Positions 19,819 through 29,515 of a DNA stretch of 64,000 nucleotides are shown in pieces. Under the pieces are notes generated by a model, which saw only the letters and a program-made list of their open reading frames with translations, made no database searches and was not told the DNA's origin. Each line of letters begins with the position of its first letter. Positions within the stretch are counted from its first letter, which is position 1. The translations under genes and the position numbers were made by a program. The stretch is taken from positions 24,802 to 88,801 of the forward strand of contig JBAQFA010000009.1 in NCBI GenBank assembly GCA_049287025.1, in the 5' to 3' direction. The DNA comes from Candidatus Magasanikiibacteriota bacterium. GTDB taxonomy: Bacteria; Patescibacteriota; Patescibacteriia; Magasanikbacterales; UBA922.

Positions 19819-20493
19819 ATGACTTCAGTTTTTCACAAAAAGAAATTAACAACACCTCGTCGGGTGTGTTTGCGTTTAAAAGAAGCGAGAATAAAAGCTG
19901 ATATTAGTTTGGAAGAAATTTCTAGAAAAACAAAAATTGATAAAAAACATTTACAAGCTTTGGAAGAGTGTCGGTTTAGAGATTTACCAGAAGCAGTTAT
20001 TTACCAAAAGAATTTTGTAAAAAAATATATTGAAGCACTCGGATTAGATTCAACTCCTTTTTTGTCCCAATATGATAGTGAAGAAAAAGTTAATAAAAAG
20101 AAAAAACATCCTCACTGTGCTATTAAAGAAAATTTTTTATCGCAACTGCCAATGCTTGGAAAATATTTTGTTATGATTTTGGTGGTGGCGATTTTGGCAA
20201 TTTATTTAATTTTTCAAGTGCGAAATATTATTGAACCACCTTTGCTCGAAGTTTTTTCACCACAAGATGGCTATGTGACTAGTGACTCGGTACTACCTGT
20301 TCGAGGTAAGACTGATAAAGGAGTAGAAATTTACGTTAACGGTAAAATGATTGGAGTAAATGAACAGGGAAATTTTGAGGAAAAAATTGATTTGAATTTA
20401 GGTGTGAATACTTTTATTATTTCGGCAAAAAAGAAACATGGTAAAGTGACAGAAATAACTCGGTATGTGGTTTATAAAGATACAGGTAATTAA
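19819..20493 (+). CDS. rodZ: RodZ-like cytoskeleton protein (XRE-type HTH + TM + C-terminal domain)
   Basis: LRLKEARIKADISLEEISRKTKIDKKHLQALEECRF..LPEAVIYQKNFVKKYIEALGLD followed by a TM helix. Confidence 0.6.
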   Translation: MTSVFHKKKLTTPRRVCLRLKEARIKADISLEEISRKTKIDKKHLQALEECRFRDLPEAVIYQKNFVKKYIEALGLDSTPFLSQYDSEEKVNKKKKHPHCAIKENFLSQLPMLGKYFVMILVVAILAIYLIFQVRNIIEPPLLEVFSPQDGYVTSDSVLPVRGKTDKGVEIYVNGKMIGVNEQGNFEEKIDLNLGVNTFIISAKKKHGKVTEITRYVVYKDTGN

Positions 20494-20666
20494 TTATTGT
20501 TTGTTGAAGTGAATTAAAATGTAGAGGAGTAAGGAATTAGGATAAGAAGCGGGAAAATTTTCTCGCCTCTAATTCCCAATTCCTAAATCCTGGTAGTTGT
20601 TGACACTTGTTTTACAAACCGGTATTATATAGGGTGAGGGAGGAAAAAACCTCACTTTTTTAATCA

Positions 20667-21737
20667 ATGAATAATAAAAATATGCCAAAAAAAGAAGAAG
20701 ATATTAAATTAGGGGCGGCTCAGACTGCGATTGACCAAATTAAAGAAAAATATGGTGATGGAGCGATTATGAGATTTAGTGAATCACGCGCTATGGATGT
20801 GCCAGCTGTCTCCACTGGTTCAATCTCTCTTGATATTGCTCTTGGTGTCGGTGGTATGCCTAGAGGTAGAATTATAGAAGTATTTGGTCCAGAAGCCAGT
20901 GGTAAGACTACACTAGCACAACACATTGTATCTGAAGTACAAAAATTGGGGGGAATTGCTGCTTTTGTGGATGCCGAACACGCTCTAGACCCAGATTATG
21001 CTAGAAAGATTGGGGTGGATGTGGATAATTTATTAATTTCCCAACCTGACACTGGTGAACAAGCTCTGGAAATCGTGGAAACATTGGTTCGTTCTAATGC
21101 TGTGGATATTGTGGTGATTGACTCTGTCGCCGCTCTTGTACCAAAAGCAGAAATAGAAGGAGAAATGGGAGACTCACACATGGGTTTACAAGCTCGTTTG
21201 ATGAGTCAAGCTTTGCGCAAGTTGACTGGGATTGTTAGTAAAACAAAAACAATTGTGATTTTTATTAATCAGATCAGACATAAGATTGGTGTGTTTTTTG
21301 GCAATCCAGAAACGACAACTGGTGGTAATGCTCTAAAATTTTATTGTTCTGTACGGGTAGAAGTGCGTCGAGCTGCTCAGATTAAACAAGGTGATAAAAT
21401 TATTGGCAATCGGGTAAAAGTAAAAGTCGTAAAAAATAAAGTAGCCGCTCCATTCCGCACCACTGAATTTGATATCATGTATAATGAAGGCATCTCTCTA
21501 TCTGGAGATTTATTAGATACTGGTGTATTGCACAGAGTGATTAGTAAATCTGGTAATAGTTATGCTTATGGTGAAGAAAAACTTGGTGTTGGTAGAGAAA
21601 AAGCTAAACAATATTTACGAGAAAAGCCAGAATTGATGACAGAGGTTAAAGCCAAGATTTGGGAAGTGGTAAAAGCTGGTGAAGCTCCAGATGAGGAACA
21701 AGGTAATATTACTGATGATGTGAGTGTGGAAGAATAA
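20667..21737 (+). CDS. recA: Recombinase RecA
   Basis: 356 aa; [14 protein letters not shown] Walker A; canonical RecA core. Confidence 0.95.
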   Translation: MNNKNMPKKEEDIKLGAAQTAIDQIKEKYGDGAIMRFSESRAMDVPAVSTGSISLDIALGVGGMPRGRIIEVFGPEASGKTTLAQHIVSEVQKLGGIAAFVDAEHALDPDYARKIGVDVDNLLISQPDTGEQALEIVETLVRSNAVDIVVIDSVAALVPKAEIEGEMGDSHMGLQARLMSQALRKLTGIVSKTKTIVIFINQIRHKIGVFFGNPETTTGGNALKFYCSVRVEVRRAAQIKQGDKIIGNRVKVKVVKNKVAAPFRTTEFDIMYNEGISLSGDLLDTGVLHRVISKSGNSYAYGEEKLGVGREKAKQYLREKPELMTEVKAKIWEVVKAGEAPDEEQGNITDDVSVEE

Positions 21738-21780
21738 ATTCATGAAGCATGAAGTATATAACATGTAACATAAAATAATT

Positions 21781-21806
21781 AAAAAGCGGGCTTAAACCCG
21801 CTTTTT
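21781..21806. terminator. Bidirectional terminator between recA (+) and ychF (-)
   Basis: aaaaagcgggc-ttaa-acccgcttttt. Confidence 0.7.
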
Positions 21807-21836
21807 GTTATGTGATATGTGTCTCGTGTTATGTGT

Positions 21837-22913
21837 TTAAGTCGCCACATGGAAATATACCGTATCACCATCCTTAACAATATAATCTTTTCCTTCCAAT
21901 CTTAATTTTCCAGAAGTTTTGATTCCACTCCAACCACCATGTTCAACAAAATCTTTCCAATCACACACATCAGCTTTGATATAACCTTTTATAAAATCAG
22001 TATGAATCACCCCAGCCGCTTCTGGACCTTTGGCGCCAGACTTCACTGTCCAAGCTCTAGTTTCTGGTTCGCCACTGGTTAAAAATGTGACAAGGTTTAG
22101 TAATTTATAACTTTCAGTAATCAATTTATCCAAACCACTTTTTTCCATACCTAGCTCTTTCATATATTCTTTTAATTCTTCGCCATTCAGATCAGCTAGT
22201 TCTGCTTCCAATTTAGCACAGACAATAATTTGTGGAATACCTTCTTCTATCTGCGGAATTTGGGCATTCAAATTTGAAGTTTCATCTACATTTATTACAT
22301 AGAGCATGGGTTTCATAGTGAGCAAGTGCATGTCTTTCATTATGAGCATCTCATCTTCAGTGTATTCAAGCGCGCGCGCTGGTTTGCCAGCTTCTAGTTG
22401 TTTAAAAACTTTTTCTAAAACATCAATTTCTTTTTGCGCATCTTTCAAAGCTGTCCCCTTGGCGTTCTTTTTCGTTTTATCTAGGCGCTTACTCACAGTT
22501 TGCCAGTCGGCTAGGACTAATTCAAGATTTATTACCCCAGCATCTTCAGTTGGATCTACTTTGCCCGCCACGTGAATAATATTGTTATCAGTAAAATTTC
22601 TTACTACCTGAACAATAGCATCAGTTTCCCGAATGTGAGACAAAAATTGATTACCTAGGCCTTCACCTTCACTAGCGCCTTTGACTAGACCAGCAATATC
22701 ATAAAATTCTATGGCTGTTGGGATAATTTTTTTTGATTTAGAAACTTGAGCCAGTTTTTCCAACCGTTCATCTGGTACCTCAACAATCCCGATATTTGGT
22801 TCAATCGTACAAAAAGGATAATTTTGAGCATCAGCTTGTTTGCTACGAGTGAGAGCGTTGAATAGAGTAGATTTTCCTACATTGGGTAGGCCGACGATTC
22901 CAAGTGATAACAT
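21837..22913 (-). CDS. ychF: Ribosome-binding ATPase YchF
   Basis: MLSLGIVGLPNVGKSTLFNALT; Obg-family G domain + TGS domain. Confidence 0.9.
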   Translation of the reverse strand: MLSLGIVGLPNVGKSTLFNALTRSKQADAQNYPFCTIEPNIGIVEVPDERLEKLAQVSKSKKIIPTAIEFYDIAGLVKGASEGEGLGNQFLSHIRETDAIVQVVRNFTDNNIIHVAGKVDPTEDAGVINLELVLADWQTVSKRLDKTKKNAKGTALKDAQKEIDVLEKVFKQLEAGKPARALEYTEDEMLIMKDMHLLTMKPMLYVINVDETSNLNAQIPQIEEGIPQIIVCAKLEAELADLNGEELKEYMKELGMEKSGLDKLITESYKLLNLVTFLTSGEPETRAWTVKSGAKGPEAAGVIHTDFIKGYIKADVCDWKDFVEHGGWSGIKTSGKLRLEGKDYIVKDGDTVYFHVAT

Positions 22914-22940
22914 AAATTTTATAATTATTTAAAAAATTTT

Positions 22941-23834
22941 TTATTTAGTTTTTGTAAGATAGTATTGCAATGGTGCTAGAATTACATTGGTAGCGACAAT
23001 ATATGCCACGACACCAAGCAAAGCCGTTGAATCAAAACTATTTAGGGCAAGTACCGTTGCCAAACCAGTATTTTTATAAAAATTAGTGATTGACCAGGTA
23101 ATTTTTTCTTCTTTGCTTCGGCCAAATAAATTTCCCAAAATGATTTGGATAATTGCAATCAATAAAATAATTAGTAATGCTATTAAAAAAGAATGATTTT
23201 GCCAGGAAATTAAATAAGCTACTGGCGCTATTCCACCCCAATTAAGCATCGCTACAAAAATGGTATTGGATGATGTAATATATTTTTCCAAAAATTTATT
23301 CCATTTAAAATATTTAATAATTTCTGCCAAAATAATCGGAATAATCACTAACTTAAACACCAACCAAAACATTGATAAAATATTTATATCAATTACTTTG
23401 TGCACAAAAAGCCAGACAGTTGCTGGTATCAAAATTGGTGCTAGTAAATGTGCCAATGTAGTCGTGATTAATGCTTTGGTTGGTTGACCTTTGAAGATTA
23501 TAGAAAAAGCGACTACCGAAATTCCACAAGGTAGAGCAGCCGTTAATATCAGACCGAGATAAATATCTGAATTAAGATGAAGAAATTTTTGACAGAGAAA
23601 AATTAAAAAAGTTGAAAATAAATAAATATTTATTAAAACTAAGACATAACGCCACCAATCATGTTTAAAATTTTTTAGTTCCTTCAAATCAATTTTAAGT
23701 GAACTTAAGGTCATCATGACCATAAGAATTATTGTCAGCCAATTTTTAAATATTAGACCCGGAGCCTGCCAAACATAGCCCAAAATTATTGAGAATAAAA
23801 TTATCAGCCAAAAATATTTTTGTGTAAAATTCAT
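22941..23834 (-). CDS. Polytopic membrane transporter (possibly bile acid:sodium symporter-like fold)
   Basis: 297 aa, about 9 TM helices; family assignment is tentative. Confidence 0.5.
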   Translation of the reverse strand: MNFTQKYFWLIILFSIILGYVWQAPGLIFKNWLTIILMVMMTLSSLKIDLKELKNFKHDWWRYVLVLINIYLFSTFLIFLCQKFLHLNSDIYLGLILTAALPCGISVVAFSIIFKGQPTKALITTTLAHLLAPILIPATVWLFVHKVIDINILSMFWLVFKLVIIPIILAEIIKYFKWNKFLEKYITSSNTIFVAMLNWGGIAPVAYLISWQNHSFLIALLIILLIAIIQIILGNLFGRSKEEKITWSITNFYKNTGLATVLALNSFDSTALLGVVAYIVATNVILAPLQYYLTKTK

Positions 23835-23880
23835 AAGATAATAATATGGGCATATTTTAGGTCTTTTTTAATTAAAAGTC

Positions 23881-23918
23881 AAACAAAAATCCCCCTCTTT
23901 TTTAAAAAAAGAGGGGGA
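23881..23918. terminator. Perfect palindromic terminator
   Basis: aaatccccctcttttttt/aaaaaaagagggggattt. Confidence 0.65.
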
Positions 23919-23932
23919 TTTAGGTAATATAA

Positions 23933-26299
23933 TTATTTTTCTAAGACGGGGTGTTGGCCAAACTGACCACGTAGAGCCGAGACTATTTGGCCAGTATAAT
24001 CTGGATTTTTCTGAGATTGCTTTCTAAATTTGAGTGATTCTTCAATTACTTTGGTCTTTATTTTCATGGCCTTGGCAGTTTTAATGGTCCACTCGCCTTC
24101 TCCAGAATGAGATACTTTACCACTAATTTTTTCTAAATTAGTACCGTAAGTATGAAAGGCTTCATGGAGCCAACCAACCAGACGGGATTCAATTACACTA
24201 CCCTCATTATATATGTCAGCAATGCGGTGTAGATCTAGTTTATAATCAGACTTTTTTAGAACATTAAATCCCTCGCCAATGGCTTGCATCATGCCATACT
24301 CAATTCCATTGTGAATCATTTTTACAAAGTGGCCAGCACCAGCGCCAGAAAAAAACTGATAACCATTCACTTGAGACATGTCTTTAAAAATTGGTTCACA
24401 ATGTTCAAATAATTTTTTCTCCCCGCCGATCATAATGCAGGCGCCATTTCTCGCTCCACCTGGACCACCCGATACCCCAGCATCGAGAAATTTAATACCC
24501 AGCTTTTTTAATTTATTGGCTCGAACAGTCGTATCTTTAAAATATGAATTACCGCCGTCAATAATGATGTCGCCTTTATCTAATTTTTTTACTATTCCTT
24601 CTTTACCAAACAAAGTCTCATCAATTGGTTTGCCATTGGGAAGCATGAGCCAGATAATGCGTGGGCTAGGTAATTTTTTTATCATGTCTTCTAATGAATA
24701 TACCGCGTTCAAATTTTCTTTGGCCATTTGTCTGGTCACTTCAGCGGTGCGATTATAACCAACTACATACCAACCCTTGTCAATTAATCTTCTGGCAAGA
24801 TTGCCACCCATTTTTCCTAAACCAATAATACCAATGCGTTTATTTAGTTTATGTTTTTCTTCTTCTAGAAAATTTTTCGCAGTTTTCGTAATTTCAAAAG
24901 TATCTGGTTTGTAAGTATGGAGTGGAGTTAAATTATTTTTCCAAGCATTAATAATTGGATCAACCACACGCCACATTTGAGCAATTTCGGCATTTCTCAT
25001 AAACCAAGTTTGATTACCAGCAATAGTGTCATGGAGTAATTTGGCGTATTCTTCTACATAGGGCAATTTGGTTTTATTTTTATGCAACATAAAAACAAAT
25101 TCTCGTTTTTCCAATTGCATATCAAAACCAGGTTTTCTTTGCCAAAATTGAATTTTTATTTCTTGCGTGGGGTGAAGTTTAAAAATTATTTTATTTTGCA
25201 CTGGACCAGCCGGTGGGCAAATGCAGGGTTCTGGGTGGCGGAAAGTGACGACAATTTCTTTTTTCACTTGTCCCATCCGTTTGCCACTTTCAATTGTAAT
25301 GGGTACGCCAGTCCAACGCGGTGAATCAAGTTCGGTCTGCCAACGGAAATATGTTTCCACATTAGAATTTTTATTTACCCCAGTAATATTTTTATAACCA
25401 TCATATTGGGCGCGGAAAGTTTTGGTTTTTATATCTTGCAAGCTAGGTTTAATTAATTGTTTCAAAACTTCTGCCCGAGCATTGCGCACTTCTTTGTCAG
25501 TATAGTTAATTGGATGCTCCATAGTTAAGAGCGCGAGAATAGACAGCAAATGGTTTTGTCCGACATCACGCAAAGCCCCGACACTTTCATAAAACGATCC
25601 TCTGGTTTCTACTCCAATTTCCTCCCACAGTTTCATACTAATTCTTTCAATATGCTTGTTGTTCCAAGCGTTTTCAAATAAGCCATTAGAAAAACGGAAA
25701 TTTAATATTCCCTGAACCATTTCTTTACCAAAATAGTGATCAATTCTATAAATTTGTTCACGTTTAAAAACTGATAAAGTTTTTTCTAATTCTTTGGCAG
25801 AGGCACCATCATCACCAAACGGTTTTTCTACAATCACTCTAGCCCAACCAGTACTGTCATCACAGGGCAGATTTAATTTGGTTTCTTTCAATCCCTTGGC
25901 AATCGGTTTGATCATGGCTGGTGGAACAGCTAAGTAATACAATTTGTTAGCACAAATCCCCCATTGATCCTGAATATTTTGAATGTGGCTTTTTAATTCA
26001 GTATAATCTTGCAATTGGGAAAAATCGCCTTGTTCATAATGAAAGAGTTTTAAAAATTTTTCAATTGGTTGTCGGGTTTTAACAAATTCTTTTTCTTTTA
26101 AAATATTAAAAACATGGGTTCTAAATTCTTCATCACTCATTGCTCGGCGGGCAAATCCTAAGACATCAAAATGAACTGGAAGTTTTTTTTGTTTGTATAA
26201 AAAATATAATGAAGGGACAATTTTTTTTGTCATAAGGTCGCCAGTGGCACCAAAAACAGTAAAAATTGTTGGAACATTATCAAAGTATGGTTGTTTCAT
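23933..26299 (-). CDS. zwf-gnd: Fused glucose-6-phosphate dehydrogenase (N) and 6-phosphogluconate dehydrogenase, decarboxylating (C)
   Basis: N-terminal FGATGDL and IDHYFGKE G6PD motifs. C-terminal about 300 aa carries IGIIGLGKMGGNLARRL Rossmann and ...GAGHFVKMIHNGIEYGMMQ 6PGD motifs. Single 788-aa frame. Confidence 0.8.
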   Translation of the reverse strand: MKQPYFDNVPTIFTVFGATGDLMTKKIVPSLYFLYKQKKLPVHFDVLGFARRAMSDEEFRTHVFNILKEKEFVKTRQPIEKFLKLFHYEQGDFSQLQDYTELKSHIQNIQDQWGICANKLYYLAVPPAMIKPIAKGLKETKLNLPCDDSTGWARVIVEKPFGDDGASAKELEKTLSVFKREQIYRIDHYFGKEMVQGILNFRFSNGLFENAWNNKHIERISMKLWEEIGVETRGSFYESVGALRDVGQNHLLSILALLTMEHPINYTDKEVRNARAEVLKQLIKPSLQDIKTKTFRAQYDGYKNITGVNKNSNVETYFRWQTELDSPRWTGVPITIESGKRMGQVKKEIVVTFRHPEPCICPPAGPVQNKIIFKLHPTQEIKIQFWQRKPGFDMQLEKREFVFMLHKNKTKLPYVEEYAKLLHDTIAGNQTWFMRNAEIAQMWRVVDPIINAWKNNLTPLHTYKPDTFEITKTAKNFLEEEKHKLNKRIGIIGLGKMGGNLARRLIDKGWYVVGYNRTAEVTRQMAKENLNAVYSLEDMIKKLPSPRIIWLMLPNGKPIDETLFGKEGIVKKLDKGDIIIDGGNSYFKDTTVRANKLKKLGIKFLDAGVSGGPGGARNGACIMIGGEKKLFEHCEPIFKDMSQVNGYQFFSGAGAGHFVKMIHNGIEYGMMQAIGEGFNVLKKSDYKLDLHRIADIYNEGSVIESRLVGWLHEAFHTYGTNLEKISGKVSHSGEGEWTIKTAKAMKIKTKVIEESLKFRKQSQKNPDYTGQIVSALRGQFGQHPVLEK

Positions 26300-26542
26300 A
26301 AATTAGTAATTAGGTTTTAGTAAAACATTCTAATATGGTATGTAATATTATACTTTTATTTTTATCTACAATCAATATGTGGATATGGCATTAGTTGTCC
26401 TTACTTTTTGTAACCAATCCCGATTTTATCGGGACAAACAGTTTCGCCCCCGGACCCCCTTGGTGAGTTTGCTTGGTTTTAATTAATAATAAACCTTACA
26501 AGGTTTATTATGTGTTTCGTGGTTTGTGGTTTGTGGTTTGTG

Positions 26543-27505
26543 TTATTCTACAATTGCTTTCATTTCTTTATTAAATACAGCACTAGCTCGTTTCATGTAA
26601 TCTTCTATATTATCAGCAAAGTATGGTGGATATTGACTTTGAATTTTTCCAATTACATAATAGACTACTGCCATGAGAGTGGCATAGTTGGCATTATTTG
26701 GTAATGGGAAATACAGACGATTTTTTTCTAAGCCGTAATGTTTGTTTTCAATACCAAAACTAATAAATAATTCCGTGTCAGACATAACAACATTTTTGGC
26801 GTGCATACTTTGATCTATAGTAAAAACCCTGCCAGACACTTTTGGTTGAAGGAGTTCATCAAACTTGGTTAAAAACATGTCGCGTATAGCATCAAACCTA
26901 CTCTCAACTAAAATATAGTAAGAATCAAACTTGGAAAAATTGTTAGGGATTAAAGGGTTAATTTTTGTTTTTAAAAAATTATAAATATCTTCAGCGCTTT
27001 CTCCAGTATGTCCTATGATCATCCCCATATAAGTGCTCGTGTTGTAAGTATAAGGTTCTTTGTTTTTCGGAAAGACAAATACTTTGTCGTCATCCAAATA
27101 TTCTTTGGCTGGAGCTTTTGGATTGTTTGTTAGGAGTCTGGTTTCAATATTTTTTTCTTTAAAAAATCTGGCCATCTCAATGGCATGTTTGTCACCAGAA
27201 GCCGAAATCAAAATTATTCCATCAATTCCTTTTATATTCTCAAATTTTTGTTTATAGTCACTCTCATTGGCAAGTATGGCATCACTATTTTCAAATAATA
27301 TTTTGCCAGTAAAAAAAGCATTCACACTACCCACTACCATTGGTCTTTTGTAATTACCCAGATTAAGCTTTGGTACACCTTGAGAGATGAATAATTCTAG
27401 TGCTCCCATGACTGCTACATCTAAATTCGGAATATTTTTTAAAGTAAAATTTTGCATGGTTTGTAAATTTGTCATATTTCTATATTTATTATTTAACCCT
27501 ACCAT
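26543..27505 (-). CDS. Hypothetical protein; very weak resemblance to the NagB/Pgl (6-phosphogluconolactonase) superfamily
   Basis: 320 aa; segment GMIIGHTGESAEDI faintly resembles the LGMGEDGHTASLFP Pgl motif; adjacent to zwf-gnd; likely start MTNLQTMQ. Confidence 0.45.
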   Translation of the reverse strand: MVGLNNKYRNMTNLQTMQNFTLKNIPNLDVAVMGALELFISQGVPKLNLGNYKRPMVVGSVNAFFTGKILFENSDAILANESDYKQKFENIKGIDGIILISASGDKHAIEMARFFKEKNIETRLLTNNPKAPAKEYLDDDKVFVFPKNKEPYTYNTSTYMGMIIGHTGESAEDIYNFLKTKINPLIPNNFSKFDSYYILVESRFDAIRDMFLTKFDELLQPKVSGRVFTIDQSMHAKNVVMSDTELFISFGIENKHYGLEKNRLYFPLPNNANYATLMAVVYYVIGKIQSQYPPYFADNIEDYMKRASAVFNKEMKAIVE

Positions 27506-27584
27506 TATATATCTTATAACTATATATGAAAAGTGTGGATACTTGATTTATTTTTTTATATATGGTATTATGTTTGTGATTTAT

Positions 27585-27658
27585 GGGCCGTTAGCTCAGC
27601 TGGCTAGAGCGCTTCCATGGCATGGAAGAGGTCGCAGGTTCAATTCCTGTACGGTCCA
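27585..27658 (+). tRNA. tRNA-Ala (anticodon GGC)
   Basis: GGGCCGT acceptor with G3:U70, anticodon loop AUGGCAU, T-arm GGTTCAATTCC. Confidence 0.8.
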
Positions 27659-28177
27659 CAATATGAGGGGGTATCTTTACTTTATTAGGAGCTGTAATTG
27701 TAAAAGACCTTTACTATCCACTAAATCACTTTTTATAGTGATTTTTTATTTAGGTTTATATATATTATTGTACGACGCATATATATAGCTTTAATTAGTG
27801 TAATAAAACTAAAATTACTACTTAACTACCTATTTTATCCCCTATTTGTTCTTTGTGGAACAATTTCAGTGAACAGTGGCCAGTATGCAGTATTCATAAA
27901 ATACTAAATTATAAAAAATACGTTAGTTTTATTGTAGACTGAAAATTTGGTGTTGTTGTTCTTGCGATCTGATTTGTTGGGAAGCATATTTATAATTAAT
28001 ATGTTCTATGTGGAACAATTATTTATGGTTTATACACAGATAGTGGCACTTATACACAAAAATATCCACTTTTGTGGATATTTGTATAGGATATTGTAGA
28101 CAATAATACAAAATACAATATACACGGAGCAAAATACAAAATCTATGTTGTTGTTTGTATATTGTATTTTGTTTTTG

Positions 28178-28248
28178 TGGACCTAGGCAGAATCGAACTG
28201 CCGTCTCAGCAATGCGAATGCTATATATTACCACTATACTATAGGCCC
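28178..28248 (-). tRNA. tRNA-Ala (anticodon CGC)
   Basis: Reverse-strand GGGCCUA acceptor with G3:U70, anticodon loop UUCGCAU, T-arm GGCAGTTCGATTCTGCC. Confidence 0.7.
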
Positions 28249-28254
28249 GCTTAG

Positions 28255-28326
28255 TGCCCCCAGCATGAATTGAACACACATCTTGTCCTTAGGACGGACC
28301 TGTTCTATCCGTTGAACTATGGGGGC
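28255..28326 (-). tRNA. tRNA-Arg (anticodon CCU)
   Basis: Reverse-strand GCCCCCA acceptor, anticodon loop with CCU, T-arm GTGTGTTCAATTCATGC. Confidence 0.6.
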
Positions 28327-28373
28327 ATAATTTGTTAGACAATCTTATCACTTCTTTTTCTTTTTGGCAAGCC

Positions 28374-29123
28374 TTATTTTATCTCTGGGCAATGATCCCA
28401 CATAAATTTAAACCAGGTTTTATAGCTAGTGGCCAGTGGACGACTAATATTTACAAAAATGGTAATATCGTCACTAATCTTTGTTATTCCGGCGCCAGTA
28501 AAAGACACAACATGATCACCAAAAATGTCTACCATTGAAGGCGTAGAATATTCTTTAGGTAGGTATTTGTAAGGTTTACCTACGGCTTTTGGTACATGAG
28601 GAGCTTGTTTTAGTACTTCAAAATCAAATAAATGTTTATATTTAATACCTCGACGATCCGCATCAACTAAAAATTTATCCAAAAAGGTATTGAGTCTTGG
28701 GTCGAACCAGGCTCCCTTGGCGCCAATACAATAAACATCTTCTTTAGTAGATAATACATCACGAAGAAAATTTTTAAATCCTTCCAGACCTTTATATATG
28801 TAGGCAGCCTCTAAAACAGGATGTTTTTGGTATTCGTGCATCAAGTGTGGCATTTCTTTTTCTAGCCTAGTACGTTTTTCATCAACCAGTTCCATTAGCT
28901 TGGCTGGTTCCACTGGTTTAAATAAAGTGTCGCCATGCCCAATAACTTGAAACACTAAACCTTTTTCAATTAAGCGATTCATTGAGTCATAAATATTCCG
29001 GCGATGAATTTTACTTTTTTTTGAAATATTAGAAACCGTAGTTTGTTTTTCTTGTAAAAGTGTTTCGTAAATTTTGGCTTCGTTTATTGACAATCCTAGT
29101 TCTGTTAAAATTTGGCTATACAT
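28374..29123 (-). CDS. TrmB-family wHTH transcriptional regulator (paralog A)
   Basis: N-terminus NEAKIYETLLQEKQTTVSNISKKSKIHRRNIYDSMNRLIEKGLV; C-terminal TrmB-like domain. Confidence 0.7.
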   Translation of the reverse strand: MYSQILTELGLSINEAKIYETLLQEKQTTVSNISKKSKIHRRNIYDSMNRLIEKGLVFQVIGHGDTLFKPVEPAKLMELVDEKRTRLEKEMPHLMHEYQKHPVLEAAYIYKGLEGFKNFLRDVLSTKEDVYCIGAKGAWFDPRLNTFLDKFLVDADRRGIKYKHLFDFEVLKQAPHVPKAVGKPYKYLPKEYSTPSMVDIFGDHVVSFTGAGITKISDDITIFVNISRPLATSYKTWFKFMWDHCPEIK

Positions 29124-29296
29124 AGCAAAAATATATTAAAGTGGTGTGAAGCCACACCACGTGGTGGTATTTGCCACTCTTTATATATTATATATAATGC
29201 CTTGTTACTTTGCAAGCCGCTGCTGTGCATAAAAGCTAGATGGTGAGCGGGTAATAAGGGGTTCTTTGATAAAACAATTTGAGAAGCGAGGGACAA

Positions 29297-29479
29297 ATGG
29301 AAACTGGAGAAAGGCAAGATGAAGTTACTTGTTTGAAGAAAGAGTTGGAACATGACAAAGATGAGATATATTATTTGCGTTTGGCTATCCTTAATTTGAA
29401 TAGGAAAAAGGAGTATGTCAGAATGCAAAGGATGTTCCGTGGTGGAGAAGCTGTTCTCGACATGTGGGCGCGCTATTAA
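29297..29479 (+). CDS. Small GC-rich ORF (60 aa) in leader of cassette A
   Basis: ATG at 29297 preceded by gagggacaa; METGERQDEVTCLKKELEHDKDEIYYLRL...; weak. Confidence 0.25.
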   Translation: METGERQDEVTCLKKELEHDKDEIYYLRLAILNLNRKKEYVRMQRMFRGGEAVLDMWARY

Positions 29480-29515
29480 CACGGGAGAGGGCTGAAAAAG
29501 CCTAAGGAGGACCTC

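Noticed and set aside
28019-28279. 86-aa ORF on - strand
   Set aside because: Overlaps tRNA-Ala(CGC) and tRNA-Arg and an AT-rich spacer; no RBS.
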